64,000 nt of DNA from positions 60,512,001 to 60,576,000 of the forward strand of contig NC_043010.1 in NCBI RefSeq assembly GCF_006345805.1, in the 5' to 3' direction. Source of the stretch: Octopus sinensis. Taxonomy: Eukaryota. Every line of letters begins with the position of its first letter. Position 1 is the first letter of the stretch. The translations under genes and the position numbers were made by a program. The notes below the pieces were generated by a model. That model made no database searches. It saw nothing but the letters and a program-made list of their open reading frames with translations, and was not told the DNA's origin. Positions 10,451 through 24,168 of the stretch are shown here, piece by piece.

Positions 10451-11394
10451 CCATCACTTCCACCATTGGCAACAACAAAATTTGCAGTAGACATTGTAAT
10501 ACAATTACTTTAATCTGGATTACACCTTTTAATGTCAGAATCACATAAGACAACATTATACAAAGGATATTAAACTATATATCTTATATAGAATTGTTTA
10601 ATATAGTCCAAACTGATATATGTGTGTGCGTGTATGTGTGTGTGTGCATTTATTTAACTATCAAAAAACATTGATTATAGCCAATAAGACGGTGTTAATA
10701 ATTTATGAATTCTAACATTAGTAATATCCCTATATATATATATATATATCCATTATATATTCCTTCGTGCATAATAAGTAAAGAATGTTCCTCATCACCA
10801 TCATCATCCTCATTATCATTACAATGGATGATAAATATAATCTTGTCTAGCTTTCTTATTCAAAATATTTTGTGTGAAATACAAACTTATTTTGTTATCA
10901 TGATGATCCATAAGAGAGTTTTATTGAAACAATCCTGTTGTTCATCTGTTCCTCTCGTTTGCAGTTTAAGTGAAGAGATAATGGCTGCAGTCATGTTGTC
11001 TATGAGAAGTCTAATTGTAATTGTTCTGGTATCTTCTCTGACTGCCTCAGTTTCTTTATCTATCCTTTTGTCTACCTCCAATATGTTTACTTCGTCCACC
11101 CAGTGTTGTTACCTATCCAGAAGAATATAGACTGTTTTGCTTGCCTGTAATATATATGTGTGCCTGAAGGTGTTTATATTGGTGTGTGTATTGAGGAATG
11201 GAACTTGGCTTCATATTTCTACAGAGAAGTATTACACACACTTCTACAATATAAAGATATGTTTTGCATTACATTTATTCTTTCAACCAGAAATAGAATC
11301 ATTAACAGCATTATCAGTTAATATTCCAACATATAACTACAGTGTGGATTAAATTCTAAATATTTAACTGTAAATTGATTACATCTAATCACCA

Positions 11395-11512
11395 TTGTCA
11401 TCATCATTTGATGTCCATTTTTCATGCTAGCATGGGTTGGATGGTTTGGTAGGAACTGACCAGCTGAAAGGCTGTTCAGGCTCCGTGTCTGTTTTGAAAT
11501 GGTTTCTAAGGA
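11395..11512 (-). mobile_element. 3'-end fragment of RTE-type LINE or derived SINE
   Basis: (CAT)n tail plus ttccatgctagcatgggttgga, matching the 3' end of the LINE at 42264-45254. Confidence 0.7.
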
Positions 11513-11627
11513 AGACATGGAGCCTGAACAAGATTAAACATTTGTTACAAAATATCTCAATGAAATATCCTCATCAGATACTCATGGAGTCAACAAAGAT
11601 GTGATATTTCAGTATCAATCTACTGTG

Positions 11628-11849
11628 AGGCAATATGCTGCTAGAATTATTATCTTACCAAGCAAACTGCTCAGCAGTATTTCGTCTGCCTTTACATTCT
11701 GAGTTCAAATTCCACCAGGTTTGACTTTGCCTTTCATCCTTTTGGGGTTAATAAAATAAGTACCAGGTGAGCACTGGGATCGATGTAAGCAACTTAACCC
11801 CTCCCAAAAAACTGCTAGCCTTGTGCCATAATTTGAAATCAATATCAAG
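11628..11849 (+). mobile_element. tRNA-derived SINE, same relative position as 5523-5725
   Basis: B-box GAGTTCAAATTCC; body tgactttgcctttcatcc...taagtaccag...cactggg shared with other copies. Confidence 0.8.
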
Positions 11850-11979
11850 ATGTTGTCCCTTTCTAAGTACTCTCTCAATAGTAAATTATGAAACTTGTCA
11901 TGCCAAAACATTCTAAATGCAATTCTAAACACAGAAAGGTTGCTGCCTTTTTCCAAAGAAGCGGCATCATCTATATATT
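11850..11979 (+). promoter_or_regulatory. Putative non-coding 5' exon / proximal promoter of U2
   Basis: Same block as upstream of U1; donor GTGAGT at 11980. Confidence 0.55.
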
Positions 11980-12172
11980 GTGAGTTAGCTTGTTAGATTA
12001 GAAGAAACATTTTGAATTATTTAGAGCACATGTAAAAGACATACAATCAATAATCATTTATATAATGGTTATTATAACTTCAAATTAACTTATTTTATTC
12101 TACTTAATGTTTAAATATTTGTTGTCTTTTATAGCAAATTCTCCTGCTGAAATGTGATGAAGAATCCCAGAC

Positions 12173-14569
12173 ATGACAGCATATATTGGTCTACTGTGTC
12201 TTCTATATTTACTGATCACCCTTGTACTGTCCATAGATATTATATACCATGTCAATGAAGAAGGCAGTCCTCACACCTATATAGGAGACATTGCTGTTGA
12301 CTCTAACTTATCACACCCTCTCACACATCAACAACACACTCTCATTACATTTACACAACTACAAAGGACAGTCGAGAGTGGTTCTCACTTATTTAATGTC
12401 ACCAACTCAGGAAAACTATACACTACTCAGACACTGGATGCTGAGTCTCTGTGTACATACAACAAGGAATGTTCCAGAATAGTTAAGGTAGCAGTGAGGA
12501 AAGAAGAAACTTTTATGAAAATTCTCAAAATAAAAATATTAATAGAAGACATTAATGACCATTCTCCAGAATTTCCGAAGAATGAAATCACAATAAAGTT
12601 TTTAGAGAGAGATTTTAAAGGTACTAAAATCACTCTTCTAAATGCCATTGATGAAGATATTTCAATAAAAAATTCCCAAATTACATATATGATTAAGAAA
12701 AATAAAAGAGAACCATTTTCTCTCTCTGTTACAAAACAGAAGGGTATTTTCATACCTGATCTCATTCTAGAAGATAGATTAGACAGGGAACTCAAAGACT
12801 ATTATATGTTGAAACTTGAAGCTAAAGATGGAGGGAATCCACCAAAAACAGCTACACTCAAGGTACACATATCTGTGACAGATGTTAATGATAACACACC
12901 TGTATTTCCACAGGAAATCTACAACATCTCTGTAAGTAATTCACATCAAAGACATTTACCAATTCTTACTTTAAAAGCCACAGATCAAGATTCTGGAGAC
13001 AATGGAAAGATTTCTTACCATTTCAACCATAAAACATCTCGAAATATCCAGAAATATTTTGTATTAGATAAGAACACTGGAGATTTGTTTTTACATGATA
13101 ATTTTCAGTTTAATAAAAAGCAGTCTTATAAATTGTTTGTTGAAGCAAGAGATGGAGGAAATCCACCTCTAAAGTCAGTAACCAGAGTTCACATTTATGT
13201 GATTAATAACCAGAATACTGCTCCATTGATAAATATAGATTTTGTATCTCCTTTATCAGAGAGTTCAGCAGCAGTTTCAGAAGCAAGTAAAATTGGTAGT
13301 TTTATAGCTTATGTTATGGTCACTGACACTGATAGTGGACCTAATGGTGAGGTTATCTGTGATTTAAAACATGATAAATTTAAACTTGCCAAAATTGATT
13401 CTAAAGAATATAAAATGATTGTTAAGGGCCCTCTTGACAGAGAAATAAGGGACCACTATAAAGTATCTATTGTGTGTCATGACATGGGGTCACCTCAACT
13501 AGAAAGTAAAAAATATTTCTCTGTCAAAGTAACTGATGTCAATGATGTAGAACCACATTTTACCAAAGAGACATTCCAATTCCTCACCTATGAAAACCAG
13601 AAAGTTGACTTCCCTATTGGCTTCATCAATGCTACAGACCCAGATCTTGGAGATGGAGGCCAACTTACATATTCTATCATCAATGATAACAACAATGATA
13701 ACATTCCTTTCCAACTGACAAAATATGGATTTATTTCTACATCACAACCAATAGATCGAGAAATGAAAGACATCTATAAGTTCAAGGTTTTAGTGAAAGA
13801 TAATGGAACACCTTCTCTCAATGACACTGCCAATATTGTTATTGAGATTCTAGATAAAAATGATAATGCTCCGTATTTTACGTTTCCTAATAATGACCCT
13901 TACAATCTCGATGTCCACTACCATCCACACAGTAAGAAGGACATCACAATTCTGAGAGCATCTGACAAAGACACTGGAAACAATGCTTTCCTCACATATG
14001 GAATACTGAGATCCAATGATAAAAACCTGTTTACAGTGAACTCACACACTGGTGTGTTATCTTTCTCTCGCACAGTTTACCAAAATGATGCAGGAACATA
14101 TGAGCTGCAGTTTATAGTGAAAGACGGTGGTACTCCAGTTCAATCAGCAACAACTGCTATCATACTAACACTGTTTGTTAGTAATGATACATCTCCAATG
14201 TTGACTGCTGTGCCATTCCAGTCTGGTCACGACCTGAATATGACTTGGGTAATTATCATTGTAGCAGCAGCTGTAATACTATCTGTGGCTATTGTAGTGT
14301 CCATAACACTGTGTGTTTTCAGATGTATTAATCACACAAATAACTCACCCACAACAGCAGAGAATCCCAACTTTCTCTCTCAGACTGAGATGAGACAATT
14401 ACTGTATCAGACTAACAATCCTGTTGCAATAACGAGAAATGCAGAAGAGATATTTAACCGAAATCTTCAGACAATAAAATCTAAAAGTCAGTTTTTTCTG
14501 GAGATGGAACAGACACCAGATGAATGGAAATTCTCAACAACACAAAGGAGACTTCCACCTGTGCCTCAG
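12173..14569 (+). CDS. Pcdh: Protocadherin U2 large exon (799 aa)
   Basis: Six cadherin repeats plus TM as in U1; acceptor 12134/12135; donor CAG|GTAAAT 14569/14570. Confidence 0.97.
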
Positions 14570-14716
14570 GTAAATATAGTTGAAGAAATTTCATAATATT
14601 TCTACACATTTTAAAAGCATGCCTTTCTTGTCTTTTATCAGGAACACTCTAGAATACAAATGTTAACATGTCTTGTATTTAACATTATTCACTCTGCTCT
14701 GTTATCTAATCCACAG

Positions 14717-15105
14717 AGATGTGATTCAATCCATAGTCAAGAACGTCGTACCAGTTCCATCATGTCTTACAACAGTGACACCTTAACATCCCAAAAGGAC
14801 AGAGAAGCTAGCAAGAGTAATGGCAAGACTAAACCATACGATGAGATACCTGCAGAACCAGGTAACTTTTATCAAAACATAACATATAAATGTAATTGCC
14901 TTTATTACTGTAGGACAATATATAATGTTATGCTTAGTGTAATATAAGATCAGTGTTTCTATCTTTATGTATTGGAGTTGTTATATTGAAATGTAATTTG
15001 TGTTTGTATATTTGATATTTTGCAGAATATACCAATGACAATCCAGTGGCAGCCACAATACTAAAGGGACAACAAATACAAGATACCTATCTACAGCCAA
15101 CATAG
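14717..15105 (+). CDS. Pcdh: U2 cytoplasmic exons 2 (14717-14861) and 3 (15026-15105)
   Basis: Conserved splice sites and phases. Confidence 0.85.
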
Positions 15106-16078
15106 TAAATTTTCCATGACTATTGTTAAATGATTCTCTCACACACCAAACCTTATACAATACTTTATATTAATATAAAAATATCAACTCTATGTTTCTT
15201 TCACACATCGCACACATAAACGGCCAACAGCATCTTCCTTATGGTGTATTATTTACATCTCTGATACTTAAATAATGTAAATATTTTAAACTATATTAAC
15301 ATATTTTGTTAGTCTGCTTAGATTTATTTTTTCATATTTATTTTAAACTTTTAATTTTACATGAAATGATAATTAGCTTTTAACTTGTCATAATTTTCTT
15401 TTTCTTAAGTACACAATTATATTTCAAAAACACCGAAGGTGATTGTAGAAATAGAACTAATTCTTTTCTCACCATTATATAGATATGATGAGAGACTAAG
15501 CCATTTGTTTATAACGTTATTTTGTGCATCATTTATTGTCATCGTTAATGATAAGATATATTTTCTCAAATTTACAACATTGTCACTTATTTCATTTATC
15601 TCATCCTTCTTATATTTCATCTCAAAAGTTGAGGGTTTTAGTTTAAGTTTAAAATCAATATTAGCATCAAATATAATTTTCAATATAACTAATTATAAAG
15701 ATTAATTTCTTGACTAGAATATCAAATAGTTTATAACTTGAAGATAATTGGAAAATATGAAGTTTCTTTGCTTATTAATATTAAACACAAACGAAATTCT
15801 TAGCACTACAAACTGCTTTACTTCCATGTGGCTTCTGTTATTTGAAGTGTTTGTGTGACACAGACATCATTGCAGTAATTTCCTATTGGATGAGAGAGAT
15901 TTTCTATATTTCTTTCAATATTGAAAGTGAGGCTGATAGCTTTTTTCTTTGTTCATCATACACACAATTGTGTGTGTGTGTGTGTGTGGAGGACATAGAG
16001 TTGTAACTAGCACACACCAGCATCTGGCTAACATCTCACCTCCCACTACACACAGCAACTGTCACACTATTATATCAG

Positions 16079-16418
16079 CAGTTACACAGGAACAGCAGCA
16101 GCAGCAGCAGTAACACAGGAACACTACTACAACAGCAGCAGTACCACTATAATACCACTACAGCAGTAGCAGCAGCAGTTAGAGTGGAACACTACAGCAG
16201 GATACACATCATCCATCACACACAACTACAGTGAAGGATTAAACAATGCAGGTAAGTCTCTCTCTCTCTCTCTCTTTCTCTTTATTATCTTTTCATATTC
16301 ATTATAACATTTATATTATTTGTGTTTCTAATGAAAGACAGGGTAAGGATAATATCTAAAATGTCTGCCATGTTGTATATATACAGGGACTGGGACAGTG
16401 GAGGATCGAGAGATCTAG
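16079..16418 (+). CDS. U2 putative exons 4 (16079-16251) and 5 (16387-16418); in-frame CAG>TAG in the Gln run
   Basis: Conserved donor and acceptor; TAG at about 16167 in the otherwise open frame. Confidence 0.35.
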
Positions 16419-16710
16419 CCATCACTTCCACCATTAACAACACAACTGCAGTAGACATTGTAATATAATTACTTCGAACTGCATTACGTCTTTTAATGTT
16501 GGAATCACACAAGACAACGTTATACAAGAAATATTAAATTATATACATTGCTATGACATATCTTATACATAATTGTTCAATATAGTGATAATGATGTATG
16601 TCAGTATAGTTTATATCTGTTTTGTCGTAATAATTCAGTAATTATATCTTAGTCTCTCTCTAACTTTAATGAACTCAAACCGATGTCAGCATATATATAT
16701 ATATATATAG

Positions 16711-16860
16711 GGGGAGAATTCACAAAGAAACAAAAGACAAAGACAGGTGGTGTAGACAACTAACAGATGTATTAGTTTAACGCTCGGGAAGTGGAAAAGT
16801 CTTTAACTTTTCGAGCCTACACTCTTCCACAGAAAGAAACAAGGAGAGAAAATAAATAAA
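16711..16860. mobile_element. Penelope-like terminal fragment with hammerhead-like motif (paralogous copy at 51066-51225)
   Basis: Minus strand tcttt-CTGTGGA-A-GAGT/GTAG/GCTC-GAAAA-GTT-aaaga; lies between (TA)n runs. Confidence 0.5.
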
Positions 16861-16877
16861 TAAAAAAAAAATTTATT

Positions 16878-16909
<32 letters not shown>

Positions 16910-17046
16910 TATATAGATAGATAGATATATGTAGACAAACATTGTTTGTCTGTCATATATGACAGACAAACAGACAGATAGATATAGACATACATACATA
17001 CTGTTAAATATTTTTCACGTCTTTGTATATCATAAACTCAAAATGT

Positions 17047-17047
<1 letters not shown>

Positions 17048-17121
<74 letters not shown>
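17048..17121. repeat. Compound microsatellite (CAT)n(TAT)n
   Basis: Directly visible; much shorter in the paralogous spacer at about 51389-51413. Confidence 0.95.
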
Positions 17122-17124
<3 letters not shown>

Positions 17125-17989
17125 ATCGTGATAAATATAATGTAGTGTAGATTTATTTAAGGTATTTTGTGTGAGATATAAACTGATGATACTGTCTTGT
17201 GTGGTTAAAATCTATTAGCTCTAACAACAAGAGATGAATGTTGAGAATTGATCAGAAATATATCATTGTCTTTCTACAAACTAACATACATCACATCATT
17301 ATAGTTGTTCTTCACTAAATATAATATAAAAGAAATATTTTTTATGTATAAAATCTTTGTGTTGTAAGTAAATAAGGATTAAATAAATTTTATTACAATT
17401 AATTCAATTAGAAAGAGATCTACATATTTCATGAAGATAATTAATACATCTTTTTCCATCAACAAAATTCACTACTCTATGATCCCCATCTTTGTATCTA
17501 GTTAAAAATATCTTTGTAAAATATTTCCACATAAATTTATAAAGTATTCTGTCTTTGTTATTAATACCACTGTGTTAGGTCTTAATAATTATTTTTATCA
17601 ACATATTTTCAACATTTTATTACATTTGAAGTTTAATATAAAATATTCCTTTAAAATATTGGTTAAACCATCATAATATCCTTTATCCATGTGACATTTC
17701 CCAAATGATTAGCTTTCTAAATTCTAGCTCCTGTTATTAGATTTTCCCCCACAGTATTACATAATAACTTCATTATAATTTATTTTTCATTAAGTTCTAC
17801 TTTAATCTCATAGAACTGTTTTCATTCTCTAATTGTTAATCCTAAATTACATCCACCAGACGAAATAAGATGTAGTTATATTGTTACTAACTTCAGTCTG
17901 AACCTCAAATTTATTTAGTTTCTTTTTCATATGAAATAGTTACCAGACACTTAGGTAAACCTTCTCTGAATTACATAGATTAATGAAGT

Positions 17990-18970
17990 GGGTGTTGACA
18001 TCTAGTTTCTCTACTGGATATGAACCACTGACCTCTCTGCTGGTTGTCCAGTACTTTACCACCTGATTCATACAGTCATTCAACACCAACCAGAGTCAAG
18101 TGTAATTATTGACCATTGTGTAAACTCTTCTCACCACTTCAACCAAAGTGACTACACCCTGATCGTGTTTCTTCCATCTCCTTCCATCTGTGAACTCCTG
18201 AATTAGCTCCTATATTCACCAAACTCTTCAGTCTATTTGTGTCTCTGGTGGTCTACTCAGCTTATTGAAACATTCAAAGCTTTCTTCCTTTCCAAAGAAT
18301 GTCAGGCTGTTAGAAACACTAATTTGTCTGCAAAGTAAAATGTATCAATATATGTTTCACAGTATCAGTCAGATGTTAACACCACTGGTCACAATGCACT
18401 TCCAATTCTTTCTTGATTGCATCCTTCTTCCCTTGTTGTCCCAAATTGTTCAACTAAATTATCTTCTTATCATTGTAAAAGCTTTCTGAATGCCTTTTTT
18501 CTCATATCTTGGATATCACTCAGCAACTGCACAATCCACTGTGAACCTTGTGACACATCCACCCCACTGGAACTTGTGTTGTCAGTGTTCAGCAAATACA
18601 TATTTTCCTCTGTTCTAGTTTCAGATCTCCCCATTTCAGATATGCTCTCCAAGCATGGATCTTTCCATGACCCTTTTTTGTCTCATAGCTAATTGAAATA
18701 CTCGTCCCTCTCCATAGTACCTCATGTCTCATTTGCATATAAATGTTCAGCTAGGTCAATGCTATTGAAGAGCCAGGCTTGTAAAAGGTTTGTCCAGTTT
18801 TGTTATCAAAGTAAATACCTTCCATCTTATCTTCATACTCCTTGAGATTTCAACATCCATGTCTGTGACACATTTCCATTTTATACACCAAGTAGATCTA
18901 CTCCTTTAGCTCCTCAATTTTTTGCTTCCCACCTGTATTCAGTCTTGTCCTTCATTTTCAGACTGCATGG
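17990..18970 (-). repeat. Unclassified ~1-kb repeat with decayed coding-like minus strand (copies at 52290-53275 and, partially, 41368-41715)
   Basis: Near-identical sequence at three sites; less AT-rich than the flanks; minus frames broken by stops. Confidence 0.7.
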
Positions 18971-19786
18971 ATTTTGTTTTTATTCAATTCACTTTAAGTT
19001 TGTTTTTTTTTTTTTTTTCGTGTTTTCATGTAGTTCATTCTTCAAAAAAAAACTATATGAGTTTATTTCAATATCTGTAGACAATATAGTGAAATAAAAG
19101 GTGAATAGACATGCAAAAATATTTACTATCTGAATTTGTTTTTAATTTATTGCGGTCTCTGCTAAAACACATCTTGCAAAAAAATGTATCTTTATTGTAT
19201 TTGCAAGATATTTATTTCCATTATAAATATATAAAGATATATTATCCTCTCTTCCAACCTCTGTAGTGCTTGTGCCATGGCAAAATGTACCCAGCACTCT
19301 CTGTAAGTAAACCATAAGCTGTTAAGAATGTAGATTTAGAAACCGTGGCAAGTGAAGTGTGTTTCCCTGCCTATGTGTAGGAAGGTAGCCACTCCAACTG
19401 GTTCCATTACCTTCCAGAGAAAAATACTTGACTGAACTCTATCAATATATATTTTTAATTCAACATTGAACTTCTACCAGTTCTATATTGAAACTATCGT
19501 GGAATGTCAGGTACTTTGGTCTTTACTGTTCCCTGTTTTTTCTTTTCTGTCATCCATTCGGCCACCACATCACACCCAAGATGTAACTGTCATCAGAAGA
19601 GAAAAGTTGACACATTTTAAATATTTCTGATGAATCTAATAGTATATATTTGGAGATAGAAATAATATTTACAAAGTAGTTTTTGCTTTTATGTGTTATT
19701 TTGTTTTAATTCTACATAAGCTTTAAATATTTTTGTTGTCTTTTGTAGCAATTTCTCCTGCTGAAATGTGATGAAGAATTCCAGAC

Positions 19787-22183
19787 ATGACAGCATATAT
19801 TGGTCTACTGTGTCTTCTACATTTGCTGATCACCCTTGTACTGTCCATAGATATTACATACCATGTCAAGGAAGAAGGCAGACCTCACACCTATATAGGA
19901 GACATTGCTGTTGACTCCAACTTATCACACCCTCTCACACATCAACAACACACTCTCATTACATTTACACAACTACAAAGGACAGTCGAGAGTGGTTCTC
20001 ACTTATTTAATGTCACCAACTCAGGAAAACTATACACTACTCAGACACTGGATGCTGAGTCTCTGTGTACATACAGCAAGGAATGTTCCAGAATAGTTAA
20101 AGTAGCAGTGAGGAAAGAAGAAGCATTTATGAAAATATTAAGAATTAAAATATTAATTGATGACATCAATGATCATTCTCCAGAATTTCCACAGAATGAA
20201 GTTGAAATTGAATTTCTCGAAAGCCAATTTAAAGGTACTAAAATCTCACTTTTAAATGCTATTGATCAAGATATTTCAATACAGAATTCTCAAATTACAT
20301 ATATGATTGAGAAAAGAAAGAGAGAACCATTTTCTCTCTCTGTCACAAAACAAGATGGCATTTTTATACCTGAACTGACTTTAGAAGGAAAATTAAACAG
20401 GGAACTCAAAGACTCATATATCTTGACCCTGGAAGCTAAAGATGGAGGGAATCCTCCCAAAACAGCTACACTCAAGGTACACATATCTGTGACAGATGTT
20501 AATGATAACACACCTGTATTTTCACAGAAACTCTACAACATCTCTATAAGTAATTCACATCAAAGACATTTACCAATTCTTACTTTAAAAGCCACAGATA
20601 AAGATTCTGGAGACAATGGAAAGATTTCTTACCATTTCAACCATAAAACATCTCGAAATATCCAGAAATATTTTGTATTAGATAAGAAAACTGGAGATTT
20701 ATTTCTACATGATAATTTTCATTTTAGTAAAAAGGAGTCTTATAAAATATTTATTGAAGCAAGAGATGGAGGCAAGCAACCCAAAAAATCTGTTGCAGCA
20801 GTTCAGATTCACGTAGTCAATAATCAGAATAATGTTCCATTGATAAATATAGATTTTGTATCTCCTTTATCTGAGAGTTCCACAGCAGTTTCAGAAGCAA
20901 GTAAAATTGGTAGTTTTATAGCTTATGTTATGGTCACTGACAATGATAGTGGACCTAATGGTGAGGTTATCTGTGATTTAAAACATGATAAGTTTAAACT
21001 TGCCAAAATTGATTCTAAAGAATATAAAATGATTGTTAAGGGCCATCTTGACAGAGAAATAAGGGACCACTATAAAGTATCTATTGTGTGTCATGACATG
21101 GGGTCACCTCAACTAGAAAGTAAAAAATATTTCTCTGTCAAAGTAACTGATGTCAATGATGTAGAACCACATTTTACCAAAGAGACATTCCAATTCCTCA
21201 CCTATGAAAACCAGAAAGTTGACTTCCCTATTGGCTTCATCAATGCTACAGACCCTGATCTTGGAGATGGAGGCCAACTTACATATTCTATCATCAATGA
21301 TAACAACAATGATAACATTCCTTTCCAACTGACAAAATATGGATTTATTTCTACATCACAACCAATAGATCGAGAAATGAAAGACATCTATAAGTTCAAG
21401 GTTTTAGTGAAAGATAATGGAACACCTTCTCTCAATGACACTGCCAATATTGTTATTGAGATTCTAGATAAAAATGATAATGCTCCGTATTTTACGTTTC
21501 CTAATAATGACCCTTACAATCTCGATGTCCACTACCATCCACACAGTAAGAAGGACATCACAATTCTGAGAGCATCTGACAAAGACACTGGAAACAATGC
21601 TTTCCTCACATATGGAATACTGAGATCCAATGATAAAAACCTGTTTACAGTGAACTCACACACTGGTGTGTTATCTTTCTCTCGCACAGTTTACCAAAAT
21701 GATGCAGGAACATATGAGCTGCAGTTTATAGTGAAAGACGGTGGTACTCCAGTTCAATCAGCAACAACTGCTATCATACTAACACTGTTTGTTAGTAATG
21801 ATACATCTCCAATGTTGACTGCTGTGCCATTCCAGTCTGGTCACGACCTGAATATGACTTGGGTAATTATCATTGTAGCAGCAGCTGTAATACTATCTGT
21901 GGCTATTGTAGTGTCCATAACACTGTGTGTTTTCAGATGTATTAATCACACAAATAACTCACCCACAACAGCAGAGAATCCCAACTTTCTCTCTCAGACT
22001 GAGATGAGACAATTACTGTATCAGACTAACAATCCTGTTGCAATAACGAGAAATGCAGAAGAGATATTTAACCGAAATCTTCAGACAATAAAATCTAAAA
22101 GTCAGTTTTATCTGGAGATGGAACAGACACCAGATGAATGGAAATTCTCGACAACACAAAGGAGACTTCCACCTGTGCCTCAG
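19787..22183 (+). CDS. Pcdh: Protocadherin U3 large exon (799 aa)
   Basis: Six cadherin repeats plus TM; acceptor 19748/19749; donor CAG|GTAAAG 22183/22184. Confidence 0.97.
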
Positions 22184-22264
22184 GTAAAGTTTTTTCACTA
22201 ATTCAGTTGTTGAATAATAAATTTCTATGATTTATTTGAAAGCACATTTTAGATATGTAGATTA

Positions 22265-23432
22265 TGAGGGTGGTCTGAAAATGTCATAGGCTGACAATGA
22301 AGGAGAGATGCTAGAGCAGTGAATTATTGCATGCATTAATTTTAGCCCTTCTTATTTATAGCTGCTAGTTACTTCAGAAGTAACTAGTAGTGACTTCTCT
22401 TGAAAATGGACCAAATTTGTCATCAAGTACCTGCAGAAAAAGGGTTTAGCCACCAAGAACATTCATGCAGACATGCTTGCCTCATCAGAAGATGACAACT
22501 GTAATACCAGTGCAAAAGTGTGCAGCTGAATTTAGGAGTGAAAGGGAGAGTCTTGTAAACCTCCAAAGTTTGGATTCCCTGCAACTGCCATCACTAAGGA
22601 AAACATTGATTGTTTTCACCACATGATGATGGATGACAGGTTATTGATATAAATCAAATAGTCAATGTTAGTAATATATCCATTGCAAGAGTTGAGAATA
22701 TTCTGCATAATGAACTTAGCTTGAAGAAGGTTTCTGCATGGTGGGTACCATCTCTTCTGACACCTGACTAAAATCACACTAGGTTGATTACATCACAAGA
22801 AAATCTGACTTTGTTTGAGGCCAATCCAGCTGGTTTCCGTAAGCATTTCCTTCCCTAGGTTGAGCGTTGCTTTCATCACTTTGAGCTAGAGACAAAGAGA
22901 CATTCCATGCAGTAGAAACAGCCCTTCTCATCTGCTCCAAAGAAGGCCAAAGTCATTTCATCTGCTAGAAAGATGATGGCTGCAGTTTTTTGGGGAATGC
23001 AAAAAGCATTGTTTATCGACTATCTTCAAAAAGGCTACAGCATTAATGGTGTGGCAGTTGCTGAGGCAGTTACACAAAGCTATCAAGTTCAAACACCCAG
23101 GAAAACTGACAAACGGAGTCATATTTCATAGAACAATGCTACAAGTCCTTGGTTTCAATGACTGTTGTTTTGAACTGGTGGCTCACCCTCCTTATTCTCC
23201 TGATTTGGCCACATCTGACTATCATCTGTTTCCCAATTTGAAAAAACACTTGGCTGCGAACCAGTATCATAGTGATAGTGATGTCATGTCTGCTTTTCAT
23301 AACTTTTTTTGACCAACAAAATGAAATGAGAACACTGATGAAAGAAGTGTGTGGTCTGCAAGAGTGACTATGTTGCAAAATAAATATTGTTTGGTCACAT
23401 TCTATATGAGGATCTTGTTTAGCCGACCCTTG
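22265..23432 (+). mobile_element. Decayed mariner (Tc1/mariner) DNA transposon in U3 intron 1
   Basis: Transposase motifs SAWWVP (about 22733) and HPPYSPDLATSDYHLFPNLK (about 23185); TA at both ends with imperfect terminal inverted repeats (TGAGGGT... / ...ACCCTTG); many stops and frameshifts. Confidence 0.9.
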
Positions 23433-23779
23433 TATTTGTTACATATTATATTCCATTTCATATATTTTGTACATTTAAGTGATTTATTACAAAAATATAC
23501 TGGATTTATTTCGTGCAAGTTTCAATGATTTTCTCATTTTATACTTAACCAAATAAATATATTTAAAATTTGTGCATTAATATCTAACCTATACATTTGT
23601 TATGATTTATTTTTACTCTAATGCATTTTAATTAAATAAGAAGATATTTAATTATAATATTTTTTATTTTGAAAAATAAAATGTTCCTTTTTTCTATAAC
23701 ACAGGAAATATACTAGAATGCAAATGTAGATGTTTTTCGCTTTTTAACATTATGTTTCACTCTGTTTTCTAATCACCAG

Positions 23780-24168
23780 AGATGTGATTCAATCCATAGT
23801 CAAGAACGTCGCACCAGTTCCATTATGTCTTTCAACAGTGACACCTTAACATCCCAAAAGGACAGAGAACCTAGCAAGAGTAATGGCAAGACTAAACCAT
23901 ATGATGAGATACCTGCAGAACCAGGTAACTTTTATCAAAACATAACATATAAATGTAATTGCCTTTATTACTGTAGGACAATATATAATGTTATGCTTAG
24001 TGTAATATAAGATCAATGTTTCTATCTTTATATATTGGAGTTGTTATATTGAAATGTAATTTGTGTTTGTATATTTGATATTTTGCAGAATATACCAATG
24101 ACAATCCAGTGGCAGCCACAATACTAAAGGGACAACAAATACAAGATACCTATCTACAGCCAACATAG
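23780..24168 (+). CDS. Pcdh: U3 cytoplasmic exons 2 (23780-23924) and 3 (24089-24168)
   Basis: Conserved splice sites and phases; intron 1 enlarged by a mariner insertion. Confidence 0.85.

Noticed and set aside
15417-15705. Overlapping 88-aa ORFs on both strands in U2 intron 3
   Set aside because: AT-rich intron with no recognisable domain; the homologous intron in U6 is not open in the same way.
16959-17150. His/Tyr-rich ORF
   Set aside because: Translation of a (CAT)n(TAT)n microsatellite; collapsed in the paralogous spacer.
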